Below are positions 15,412-24,390 of a stretch of 64,000 bases of DNA, in pieces. A program made the translations under genes and the position numbers. The DNA lies in the sequence record MW812339.1, one strand, 5' to 3'. A model generated the notes under the pieces. That model saw nothing but the letters and a program-made list of their open reading frames with translations, searched no databases and had not been told where the DNA came from. The first letter of the stretch is position 1, and the number at the start of each line of letters is the position of its first letter.

Positions 15412-16788
15412 ATGTCTGACTTGCTTTATGATTTCTCAGCCGGTTGTTACCGCGAGACCGGCTTAAAGGTCGCAGTCGAATCGGCTGGCCGTGACCCGTT
15501 CTTCGATGACGAAGAATTCTCCACAGGACTCTATTACGATTACGGTTTTGGCGGCTATGTCCCAATGGGGCTGAAAGTTGCAGCCGAAGCGATGAAGAAT
15601 GACTCGTTACGCAAAGCGTTCGATGGGGTCTTCAGCAAGATAACCATTGATCGTCGACTGGCCTCCAGGATTCGCCACTACGTAAACGGTATCCTCTCTC
15701 GTGAAGGTAATGTAGAGTGGTTGGGTTCTAACCTGCTCGGGGTACACACCATTCGCTTTTACGATTCCGACCGTAACAAGCTGTTTGACGAAGTCCTGAT
15801 GATTGACGAGGACTACCTGGCCGAGATTATCAAAGACACCAAAGCCATCAACACCGACTGGGCCGTTGCGGGTGACACATTCAACCTGGCAGTGGTGTAC
15901 CTGATTCATCTCCTGATGCCCAAGTTCTCAGACAAGGAAATTTATAACGCGGGCGTTGACTGCGTAACGTTGCTCCAGTTCAAGTTCTACTCCAGTATCT
16001 ACTATCACTTCTTCCCGAAACCAGTAGACATGCCGGCAGCGGAAGCCACCTATTCGATGTTATCATTGAAGTTTGACATCCGTCGTCTGGGTAACTGGGG
16101 CCTGCACATGCAGGAACGTTCTGAGTATTTCTGCTCCACCGAATACCCGAACTATGACGCGGTGAAACGGTTCGATACCCCAGACCTGATTCTGCGTTTT
16201 ATCACTGACCTGAACACCCGTACCAAACAGACCGTGAAAGACTATTACGCGGTACTGGACAAAGTTCGTCGTGACAACAGTCGTGTGGTATCGCAGTCCA
16301 CTCGTATCGAATTGGATGGCGAATCTATCATCCGTGATAAAGTCGGGGCGTTGGATATCGCGAAGCAGAACTTGTTCGATGCCTCGTACGACATCAACAA
16401 CCTGTACAAAGAACAGCTGGCGAAAGTGGTACTCGAGTTAGTCCCGAAAGCTTCACCTGCCGCGCTGAAAACGTTGCTGATGTATATCGCGTCCTTGCCG
16501 CTCGGTAAGAAACGTGACGAGATTAACGCCATCATGGAAGACACCCTGTCCCACGCGTTTGACGAGGTCGTGACTTCACGACTTAACTTTAACGATGCGA
16601 CAGTCGTCCTGCAACGTATGCGCGCGTTGTACCAAGCATCTAAGTCCCCTAACCCGTACGTGTTGTCCTTGCGTCAACGGATTGAGAAACTAGCTGCTAA
16701 AGAAACACACATTCGTCACGAATCTGCACTCGCTGCTCTGCGTAATGCCTTGCTTCTGTACTTCCTGATTCGTTCTCTGCAGAAATAA
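15412..16788 (+). CDS. Putative virion head protein, 458 aa, with duplicated N-terminal propeptide
   Basis: GAGG SD; two 21-aa repeats each ending in an A-x-E protease-type site (AVE-23, AAE-59). Confidence 0.65.
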   Translation: MSDLLYDFSAGCYRETGLKVAVESAGRDPFFDDEEFSTGLYYDYGFGGYVPMGLKVAAEAMKNDSLRKAFDGVFSKITIDRRLASRIRHYVNGILSREGNVEWLGSNLLGVHTIRFYDSDRNKLFDEVLMIDEDYLAEIIKDTKAINTDWAVAGDTFNLAVVYLIHLLMPKFSDKEIYNAGVDCVTLLQFKFYSSIYYHFFPKPVDMPAAEATYSMLSLKFDIRRLGNWGLHMQERSEYFCSTEYPNYDAVKRFDTPDLILRFITDLNTRTKQTVKDYYAVLDKVRRDNSRVVSQSTRIELDGESIIRDKVGALDIAKQNLFDASYDINNLYKEQLAKVVLELVPKASPAALKTLLMYIASLPLGKKRDEINAIMEDTLSHAFDEVVTSRLNFNDATVVLQRMRALYQASKSPNPYVLSLRQRIEKLAAKETHIRHESALAALRNALLLYFLIRSLQK

Positions 16789-16796
16789 AATAAAAC

Positions 16797-16824
16797 GCTA
16801 CCACCCCAGAAACGGGGTGGTAGC
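16797..16824. terminator. Terminator between convergent genes
   Basis: GCTACCACCCC/GGGGTGGTAGC 11-bp stem, A-run on left. Confidence 0.8.
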
Positions 16825-16857
16825 TAACTCGTATTATTTCGTGTCGACTTTTTAAAC

Positions 16858-17097
16858 TCAGGCAACTCCTGATACAGCGATTTGGTGCAAGGTATACACC
16901 GTGTGTAAGCCAGCCGTGGAGAGACCCCCGACGACCAGAACGCCAAAGACAACAACCATCTGTCCCACTCGAAGAGTACGACTGGTAACATTGTTCTCTA
17001 GTGCGTGCTGACGAATCACTGCAATGGTGTGCCGTACACCGTAGTATAGGCAAATCCACATTAACAGAACTATGCAATAGTAGAGTTGAGTCATCAC
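16858..17097 (-). CDS. Small membrane protein, 79 aa, two hydrophobic segments
   Basis: Coupled to terminase stop; segments LYYCIVLLMWICLYY and VVVFGVLVVGGLSTAGL. Confidence 0.55.
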   Translation of the reverse strand: MMTQLYYCIVLLMWICLYYGVRHTIAVIRQHALENNVTSRTLRVGQMVVVFGVLVVGGLSTAGLHTVYTLHQIAVSGVA

Positions 17098-19205
17098 TTC
17101 ATCCTCTGTCGTTGGATCAGCTCTTTCAAGCTTTCCATCGATGCGACATTTCTCATGTCGGTGTTGAGTTGAGAAACGAGGGCTTGGATGCGACTTCGGT
17201 AGGACAGCTGTTGAACCGGGTCGACGGCCAACTGCGCCTGCTTGATCATCACCTCAATGTCCCCCATCAGTTTTTGTTGCTTTTCTTCTTCCTCGACTGC
17301 AGCCTCTTCATCGAAATCACCCTCACCTCCTCCTAACAAGTTGCGGTTACGCATCATCAGTCGGCTGTTACTTATTCCGTAATGACCTAAGTTGTGACCG
17401 AAGAGAAGCAACCACATTGCTAAGAGCCAGGAGATTACAAGGTCATCGTGTCCGGACGCGCGGTGGTCAATACGGCCGTTACGCTCGACGAGACCGAGGA
17501 TTTGGTCGATTAATTCACCTGACCGCAAAAGGTCTGCAGACAGTCGTAGCGCCGTGGTGAATACCTCACCATACAACTTACGGCGTTTATCCTGGTCGGT
17601 TGAGAAACCGATGTACTTGCGGAATTTATCCCAGAAGCGTTCCGCACTACCCACAGGGCCTCGATGGAACTCTTTGAATAGATCATCGTTACGGGAGTAG
17701 TCCTGGGTAATTCTGACGTACAAGCGACAGTGCAAATCGCGAACCTTAGATTGCAGCTGCAGAATGATTGCATCTGCTACCGAGGAGCCGGTAGACCGTC
17801 GTTCCAGAATGAGAACCGTGTTCGGATACTTAATCATGAAGTCGGCGAGGTGAATCGCAAACCCGATGACGTTCGTTTCATTCACGGTAAGTTTGCCGGC
17901 GTATTCGCCGTTAACCGAGTTGACGATGGACATTGCAATGGCGTCACGACCAACGGCTTCGGACGTATCCAAACCGATGATGTGGCGGTCTTGCATTTTA
18001 AGCGCCATCTGTTCTTCCGGGTAATACCAATCCGTTACATAATTCGATGCAGAAATATCTTTCCACACCGCTCGCATCCTCGAGCCATTCATCCGTCGAG
18101 CATCGTCTCCGGAGAAAGGTTTGTTGTAGCCACCGGTAGTCCACTCACCACCAAAGTCACGGCGGATTTGGTCAGGAGTACCTGGGGCGTTCGCAATCAT
18201 ATCTGCAAGTTCCTCATCCGTCGTACCTAACTGACGGTGATTGTACTTGATGTAGAACATGATGCGTGGAATCTTCGCTGTGGAGCCTCTACGAATGATT
18301 TCAATAAGTTGGGCACGAGTCGGCACATCGATGAAACGTTCGTCCCACATAATCCCTGACGTCATCAGCTCGTACATGTACGCGCCTTCTTCGGTCGCTA
18401 AGTCCCCTGGCGTTGTTGCGAAGACGTTCCCATAAGGAACACCTTCTGCTTCGTTGATACGACGCGCCGCCGTACCCGATGCCAGTGCAGCCGGAAGGAT
18501 GTGGTGAATGTTATTCGTAAACGGACCTTCATCCGAGAACAGACGGCCGGCAGTCAGACCACGACCTACGCCGTTCGCTGCTTCTTTGTCGTTCTGTCCG
18601 ATACCGGTAATAAGTTTATTACCTTGTGCCAAACAGGCAAACGTTTCACGGTTGTCGGGGTCGTCTGGATGATGAGGCCAGAGGTAATCCGGCAGCGCGT
18701 TACGCAGCTGTTTCATTTTGTTAATTGTTTCTTCACGCAGGGCTGGGCCCTTTGTAATAAGAATCGTACGCGAGTTCTCCAGGAAGCGCAGCAGCCACAG
18801 CAACAACGCTGCCATACCGACGGTCTTACCATGCTGACGGAGGAACTCTACCGCGGCATCGATGTTGTTAAAGAACACCCAATACATCGAGAAGTTACCA
18901 CGGTCGATACGAAACGGCATACCGTTCTTCGTACCATCCGCAGGGACACGGACACATTCGCGGAAGAAATACCAGGGGTTTTCTGCACACTCCGCGATGA
19001 CCATCGCTTTTTGTTCCAGCGTTAGGTCAGGGTTAAACGGATCGACCATCCGTAGTTCGGGATTGAGCAGTGCTAAATGGCAGTACCAATGCTGGACACC
19101 CAGGCCTTGTAAGGTTGCGGCAAACTGGGTGAAGTTGGTGTTAGGCGTCAAATCATCCACGAGTGCACCAGGATAATGTCGCCAATCACTTTGTCGTAGT
19201 ATCAT
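17094..19205 (-). CDS. terL: Terminase large subunit (phiKZ gp25-like), about 703 aa
   Basis: GGAG SD before ATG 19205; Walker A LRQHGKT, Walker B FSDE, nuclease IIGLDTSEAVGRD and HDDLV motifs. Confidence 0.92.
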   Translation of the reverse strand: MILRQSDWRHYPGALVDDLTPNTNFTQFAATLQGLGVQHWYCHLALLNPELRMVDPFNPDLTLEQKAMVIAECAENPWYFFRECVRVPADGTKNGMPFRIDRGNFSMYWVFFNNIDAAVEFLRQHGKTVGMAALLLWLLRFLENSRTILITKGPALREETINKMKQLRNALPDYLWPHHPDDPDNRETFACLAQGNKLITGIGQNDKEAANGVGRGLTAGRLFSDEGPFTNNIHHILPAALASGTAARRINEAEGVPYGNVFATTPGDLATEEGAYMYELMTSGIMWDERFIDVPTRAQLIEIIRRGSTAKIPRIMFYIKYNHRQLGTTDEELADMIANAPGTPDQIRRDFGGEWTTGGYNKPFSGDDARRMNGSRMRAVWKDISASNYVTDWYYPEEQMALKMQDRHIIGLDTSEAVGRDAIAMSIVNSVNGEYAGKLTVNETNVIGFAIHLADFMIKYPNTVLILERRSTGSSVADAIILQLQSKVRDLHCRLYVRITQDYSRNDDLFKEFHRGPVGSAERFWDKFRKYIGFSTDQDKRRKLYGEVFTTALRLSADLLRSGELIDQILGLVERNGRIDHRASGHDDLVISWLLAMWLLLFGHNLGHYGISNSRLMMRNRNLLGGGEGDFDEEAAVEEEEKQQKLMGDIEVMIKQAQLAVDPVQQLSYRSRIQALVSQLNTDMRNVASMESLKELIQRQRMK

Positions 19206-19217
19206 ACAATCTCCATG

Positions 19218-19241
19218 CCTCCACCCCCGAAGGGGTGGAGG
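19218..19241. promoter_or_regulatory. Stable UUCG hairpin immediately 5' of the terL SD
   Basis: CCTCCACCCC-TTCG-GGGGTGGAGG on minus strand; no U-tract on that strand. Confidence 0.6.
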
Positions 19242-19251
19242 ACGGTTTTTA

Positions 19252-20898
19252 TTACTCGATGTGGTGCGCCAGCATTGGCGTGGCCGCAAGGTTAAGGGTA
19301 TCCGTAGGAGTGCGACGAATCCAACGAATGACCAGAGAGTCATCCAGAGCCACGCGGTAGTCCACAGGCAGAGCCGTGTTCATCCACTGGTCAACGTCAT
19401 AGGTGTAAACCTTGCCGCCGACATGCACTTCGAAGTGCGTTGGTTCTGGTGCTTCTGATTCGTTACGACGGTCGTACAACGGATAAACCGGTTTGTACAG
19501 TGCGTCGAGCCACTCTTGTTTCGAAGCAGCTTTACAGCTGACATCGAGCGTTGAGTAGTTGACGTTAGAGTATTTGAACTCTGCCCAGATTTCATTACCG
19601 TACACCAGACCGTCAGGCAGGTATTCGATGAGGAAGTTGGTGTTGAGTTCGTTACCCGGATTGACCAGCGTAATAGCAAACGACTGCGCCTGGATGAACG
19701 CACGGTACTGCGAGTTGACTTTGCTGATGTCAACTTGTACGTTCAGACGTTGTTTCACACCCATCAACAGCGGGTCAAAGGTTGTCCCACTGGTGTACTG
19801 GATGGCAGCCGTTGCATCGTACACCTGACCACGTGTCAGGTTATACAGCAGGAACGACAGACGGAAGCCACGGTTCGCATCAAGCCAACGTGGTACCACG
19901 AACAGTTTCATCGAGTACGCCCCATCGACCGTTTCCGTCACAGCGGTATAGTCTTTGATGATGGTGTTCCCGGTGATGTCTGTCCCGCCGTAGGTTTCCC
20001 CTTTGGCTAACTGATAGCTCAGCTGGCACGGCAGTTCGTTACCGGCATTCGAGGAGATGTAGAACGTGTCATGTGCACCAGAGTTGCGCAGACCGTTGAA
20101 CTTCACACGGGAGCCGTCGATTGGCAGACGTTTGGTACCGTCGCTATACTGAATATCGCACCACAGCGGAATGGATTCCAGCGGCAGGTTGATAGGCAGT
20201 GTCAGCGTCAGGCCATTGTCGTCGACCAGGAACGGAGACACCAGCTTAATACCAAGAACGGTACGCGCTGGAGTTTCCTGTGCCATGACCAAGTTGGTTT
20301 TGATGATGTGGGCGTGCATAATCTGCACCACGTTACCCACGTCAGAGTAAACCAGCAGCATACACTCTTCGCCGTTTTCCACCTCAGCCAAACAGCTACC
20401 CGGCACCGTCTGTTTAACGACTGTGTCGGCACCTTCGGCAGAAATGGTTTGCACCGGCAGGTAAGTGTACTTGAGTTTCCCGTCTTTGTAATAGCCCGAG
20501 AGAATCTCTGCGCTGTCCGATACTGACGTGCCGCGTAATACACGCACACCGTCGATGTCCGGGCCGTTAAAGGTGATGGCATCATCGAACACCATTGTCG
20601 GCGGCAGCTTCGTGCTGTCCACGTAGACGCGGTATTTGTCAGAACGCAGAGAGTAGTGGCCGTTTAAACGACCATCCTGGTTTGCCACACCCACACCGCC
20701 GAACGGCTCGACTTCCCAGCTAGGGGTGGTGTAGTTCACGCTGACTACGCGATCAAAACCTTGTGATAAATCGTTAACGATTAAGTCTCTCGGGTTTGGG
20801 ACGTAGCCCGTCGGTTTATTGATTTCGTACAATTCACTGGGGTCCCAGACTTCAAACCCGCGATCCTTGTCGACTAATTTGGTCGCAATCTTGGCCAT
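19252..20898 (-). CDS. Virion structural protein (phiKZ gp26-like, probable tail/baseplate), 548 aa
   Basis: Conserved position between terL and sheath in phiKZ-like phages; beta-rich sequence. Confidence 0.65.
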   Translation of the reverse strand: MAKIATKLVDKDRGFEVWDPSELYEINKPTGYVPNPRDLIVNDLSQGFDRVVSVNYTTPSWEVEPFGGVGVANQDGRLNGHYSLRSDKYRVYVDSTKLPPTMVFDDAITFNGPDIDGVRVLRGTSVSDSAEILSGYYKDGKLKYTYLPVQTISAEGADTVVKQTVPGSCLAEVENGEECMLLVYSDVGNVVQIMHAHIIKTNLVMAQETPARTVLGIKLVSPFLVDDNGLTLTLPINLPLESIPLWCDIQYSDGTKRLPIDGSRVKFNGLRNSGAHDTFYISSNAGNELPCQLSYQLAKGETYGGTDITGNTIIKDYTAVTETVDGAYSMKLFVVPRWLDANRGFRLSFLLYNLTRGQVYDATAAIQYTSGTTFDPLLMGVKQRLNVQVDISKVNSQYRAFIQAQSFAITLVNPGNELNTNFLIEYLPDGLVYGNEIWAEFKYSNVNYSTLDVSCKAASKQEWLDALYKPVYPLYDRRNESEAPEPTHFEVHVGGKVYTYDVDQWMNTALPVDYRVALDDSLVIRWIRRTPTDTLNLAATPMLAHHIE

Positions 20899-20900
20899 GA

Positions 20901-23414
20901 TTAACCCTTGATCATCAGATACTGGTTAAGCTGCACTTCGCCATTCAGATACCGCGCATTCACACGGTCTAAGAATGCAAAGCCCAGTTCGTTAATTTCT
21001 ACCGTTTCGTATTTCACATGCGGATGCAGTTTAACGAACGCTTTATCGTAACCGATATACGCCGGGTCGAACGGCAGGAGGTCTTTATAACGCTCCATGA
21101 TTTCGTCCAGCTGCGTTGTCGAAATACGGTAATCCGGATCATCCTCCCGCAGAATCAGAATCCCTTGCAGGTAGTCCCACAGGATTTTGTTCAGGGTTGG
21201 TGAATACAAGTGATAACGATACGGCAGTGGTACCGGGTTAACCGGTGGTGGTGTTGGGAACCAGTTGGTCAGGTACGCCTCCACACGTTCGTCTAAGTCA
21301 CGAGCAGTGTCACGCAGGTCATACGTGCTCCCCGAGACCAGAGTACGCAGTGGAATGGTCGGGTCATCAACCGAGTACGGGAAACCGTCCTGCACGACAT
21401 CAACGCCGATAGCGTTATCTTCACGGAAGACGACTTCTTCACGCAACAGTAATGAACCACCCCCAACGACACGGATGACTTTATCGTCACGTGCATCGTA
21501 CTGGTCGTTATTTGACAGCAAGCCACTGGAAACGAATCCGTGCTTCGGTACACGAAGCGTACCCGTCACACCGCGACAGCGCACCGAGACCATGTTGCTG
21601 TTCCCGTCACTCATCCAGGCTTTGCAAACCACAACCAATTCAGGCCAACGAACCGTGTAGTCGATACCGTGAACCAGCGGATGACCATTTAGCCACACCT
21701 CCACTGTTTCCATCGGCAACCACAGCGTACGTTGCTGACCGTCCTGGTTACGCACCAGAATAGGGACACGAATCTGCCCTTCGTTGACCGCCACATCCTG
21801 CTCAAAGAACAAGTGGATGTCATCGTAAATCACCGTTGGGTGACGACGGGTACGGTCGACTGTCCAGACAATCTGGTTGTTCTCCCGCAGATAGTCCGTG
21901 CCTTCTTCCGCTTTGTAATAATCGTTCTGAGGAACTTCCCCAACAACCATGCGAATCCACAAGCCGACGTTCTGCCCTTCTTCGATAACGAAGTCTGGTG
22001 CATTGTCAACAATGTGGACCGCGTCGGAGTAATCCCCTGCAATGGCTTCGATGATACGAGCGTCGGTATTACGCGCTTTGTAGATGTCGTAACCCTGATT
22101 ACGATGCTTCTCGAGCAGTATCCCATCAGCATCATACTCGTACACCGTCGAGAACGACGCCAGAAGGTCTGGGAGCACCGCTTGATAACCACCCTGTGTC
22201 AGCGTCAGCCTTTGCGGCGTATCGGCGCTATAGCGCGCTACGGCGTTATAACCGTATGCATCGGTTGCCAGGTCACGAGTAATGTTTCGTAACTTAGCCG
22301 CAGCCACTTTGTTCGCTGCCGACTCTTCGAGATTGGCCGCCTGCCATTCGGTCACGTTCGCATTGGCCCCAACCATCGCATCAATGATTAAATCATCAGA
22401 CAGACGATACAGGTCGTGCGTGTGGGACGAGTTGTAAAGCGGTTTCAAATCGAGATAGTCTTCGCGAATCAGTAAGCGAATCGTCAACCCGTCGATGTCG
22501 TTCATCGTGGTCGAGAACGCATTGCGGTATTTCGAAATACGCTCGGACGGAATCGACAAATCGTTCCAGGTTAGCTGACGCATTGCACGGTGACGATGAC
22601 GGTGGTAATAACGACCTTCCCCGTTCCACAGCAACTGAATCTCACAGTCGTTGTTGAAAATCCATTCCCCATCCCCTTTCGGAATGTGGAGCAGATACTT
22701 ACGGGTTTGGTCGAGGGTCGAGTAGAACGTGTGCAAATCGCCGCAGCGATAATCAATCACACGACGTACTCGCCCATCCACACGAATCTCAACATCATCC
22801 CACGCCTTGATGTTCGCTGGCTTCGGGTCGACAATCAACTTACCGTTAACCCAGAAGTCCACGTACCCATTCTTCTGCGATTTCAACAGATTGTAACGAT
22901 CCAGGATAACCTGGATCTGTTGTGGGTTCGGCGGCGCGTACGACTCAATCGTGGTCGGCTTAATCACCGGTGCGTTATCACCGCCGGTATAGCCGGCGTA
23001 AATACGCAGATAGCATGGCGTGTCATCCAACCACTTGTAGCGGTCAGACTGTGGAATCGCCATGTAAATCTGGCCGGAGATAGTCCGCCAGAAATAAACG
23101 GACGACCCAGGAACGGTCGTACCGTCTTCGTTATAGACCTGCATCCACGAATGAAAGTTGTTGACACAGGTGGTCAACTTCTTCCAACGCTCGACAGGAA
23201 TGCTTAGGTTACCGTAGTTCAAATGGAGTTTATCGATAGCATATGCGTGCCACCAACCTGATCCAGGTAACGGTATCGGATTACGCCCGTGCTTGAAAAA
23301 GCCGATCGCCCCGGTCTTTTCGGTTAATCGATAAGGCGCAATATTCAACACCCCATCGAGATACGGACGCTGCCACGCGTTCTTGACGGCGTGGGCGACC
23401 AGCCAGTTCTCCAT
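20901..23414 (-). CDS. Virion structural protein (phiKZ gp27-like, probable baseplate), 837 aa
   Basis: Synteny and size. Confidence 0.65.
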   Translation of the reverse strand: MENWLVAHAVKNAWQRPYLDGVLNIAPYRLTEKTGAIGFFKHGRNPIPLPGSGWWHAYAIDKLHLNYGNLSIPVERWKKLTTCVNNFHSWMQVYNEDGTTVPGSSVYFWRTISGQIYMAIPQSDRYKWLDDTPCYLRIYAGYTGGDNAPVIKPTTIESYAPPNPQQIQVILDRYNLLKSQKNGYVDFWVNGKLIVDPKPANIKAWDDVEIRVDGRVRRVIDYRCGDLHTFYSTLDQTRKYLLHIPKGDGEWIFNNDCEIQLLWNGEGRYYHRHRHRAMRQLTWNDLSIPSERISKYRNAFSTTMNDIDGLTIRLLIREDYLDLKPLYNSSHTHDLYRLSDDLIIDAMVGANANVTEWQAANLEESAANKVAAAKLRNITRDLATDAYGYNAVARYSADTPQRLTLTQGGYQAVLPDLLASFSTVYEYDADGILLEKHRNQGYDIYKARNTDARIIEAIAGDYSDAVHIVDNAPDFVIEEGQNVGLWIRMVVGEVPQNDYYKAEEGTDYLRENNQIVWTVDRTRRHPTVIYDDIHLFFEQDVAVNEGQIRVPILVRNQDGQQRTLWLPMETVEVWLNGHPLVHGIDYTVRWPELVVVCKAWMSDGNSNMVSVRCRGVTGTLRVPKHGFVSSGLLSNNDQYDARDDKVIRVVGGGSLLLREEVVFREDNAIGVDVVQDGFPYSVDDPTIPLRTLVSGSTYDLRDTARDLDERVEAYLTNWFPTPPPVNPVPLPYRYHLYSPTLNKILWDYLQGILILREDDPDYRISTTQLDEIMERYKDLLPFDPAYIGYDKAFVKLHPHVKYETVEINELGFAFLDRVNARYLNGEVQLNQYLMIKG

Positions 23415-23424
23415 AGTGGGCCTC

Positions 23425-24330
23425 TTACTTGACGTTCAGCGGTTTGGTGTTCTGGTTCATGACCAGGTTGTACGTGAAGCTGAATTTGTCAGCGCGTTTC
23501 GCTGTATCAGATTTCTTCACGAGGCCACCTAAACGACTGCGGTTAAACATGTTGTTATCCAGACAAGCCTTAATCATAACGAAGAGACTTGGCGGATACT
23601 CGATGGCGCTGGTCGAGAGCTGCTTCTCGTAGCTCACCCCGAAGAAGCTGGTATTCAGCATCTGCTGCAGGGAGACCACGTTCAAATCGTTTACTCGCGG
23701 AGTGATGCTCGCGGCCTGTACCATCTCGATAAATTCTTCGATGTTGCGCGGGAACAGATATTCTGTGTGCCCCGTTACTGACTCGAAGATTTCAGCCGGC
23801 ACGTTCAAAACGCTTTCCAGCATCTGCTGTAAACGCAGTGCTTTCATGTCATCTTCCACGTTGTTGTAGAACTGCCCAACAGAGAACAAACCGGCCAAGG
23901 CTTTGATTTGTTCACTTTGATATGGAGCAAGTGCAAACGTGTGGGTGACGGCATCCGCAACCCATTTGCTAAAAATCTCATGGTGGTAAGGCAGCTGAGC
24001 CATCAGTGCAGCGTGTTTACCATTGTTCCGTTTCCACACTAATTCCCAGCGAGCCTGGTCGAGACGCAGCGCGTGTTCGACTGGGTTTCGTATTTTTAGC
24101 TCGCCGGTCTTATCCAGCGTGGTAAATGTGCGTGCGTCTACATACACGTCGTCGCCGATTACAATCGGCAAAGGAAACGGTTTTACATCGGCAGTCGCAA
24201 TGACGTAGTGAACTTCATCGGACTGCTCAACAGTTTGGTTGAGTTTACGGGCAAGTTCTAAGTCCGCCTTGATGCGGGTCAGATCAAGGACATTAAAGGG
24301 ATTTCCGCTGTAAGCGTTTTCGAGTGCCAT
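23425..24330 (-). CDS. Virion structural protein (phiKZ gp28-like), about 301 aa
   Basis: ATG 24330 (MALENAYSGNPF) avoids overlap with sheath; synteny. Confidence 0.65.
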   Translation of the reverse strand: MALENAYSGNPFNVLDLTRIKADLELARKLNQTVEQSDEVHYVIATADVKPFPLPIVIGDDVYVDARTFTTLDKTGELKIRNPVEHALRLDQARWELVWKRNNGKHAALMAQLPYHHEIFSKWVADAVTHTFALAPYQSEQIKALAGLFSVGQFYNNVEDDMKALRLQQMLESVLNVPAEIFESVTGHTEYLFPRNIEEFIEMVQAASITPRVNDLNVVSLQQMLNTSFFGVSYEKQLSTSAIEYPPSLFVMIKACLDNNMFNRSRLGGLVKKSDTAKRADKFSFTYNLVMNQNTKPLNVK

Positions 24331-24390
24331 GAGTTTTGATACCTTAGTATGACCATCTGGTCTTTTAAGACGAATATATGGAGACGTTCC

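Noticed and set aside
24331-24390. phiKZ-type late promoter TATG motifs in the divergent sheath/gp28-like gap
   Set aside because: TATG occurs twice on the plus strand, but a 4-nt motif is too short to support without TSS data
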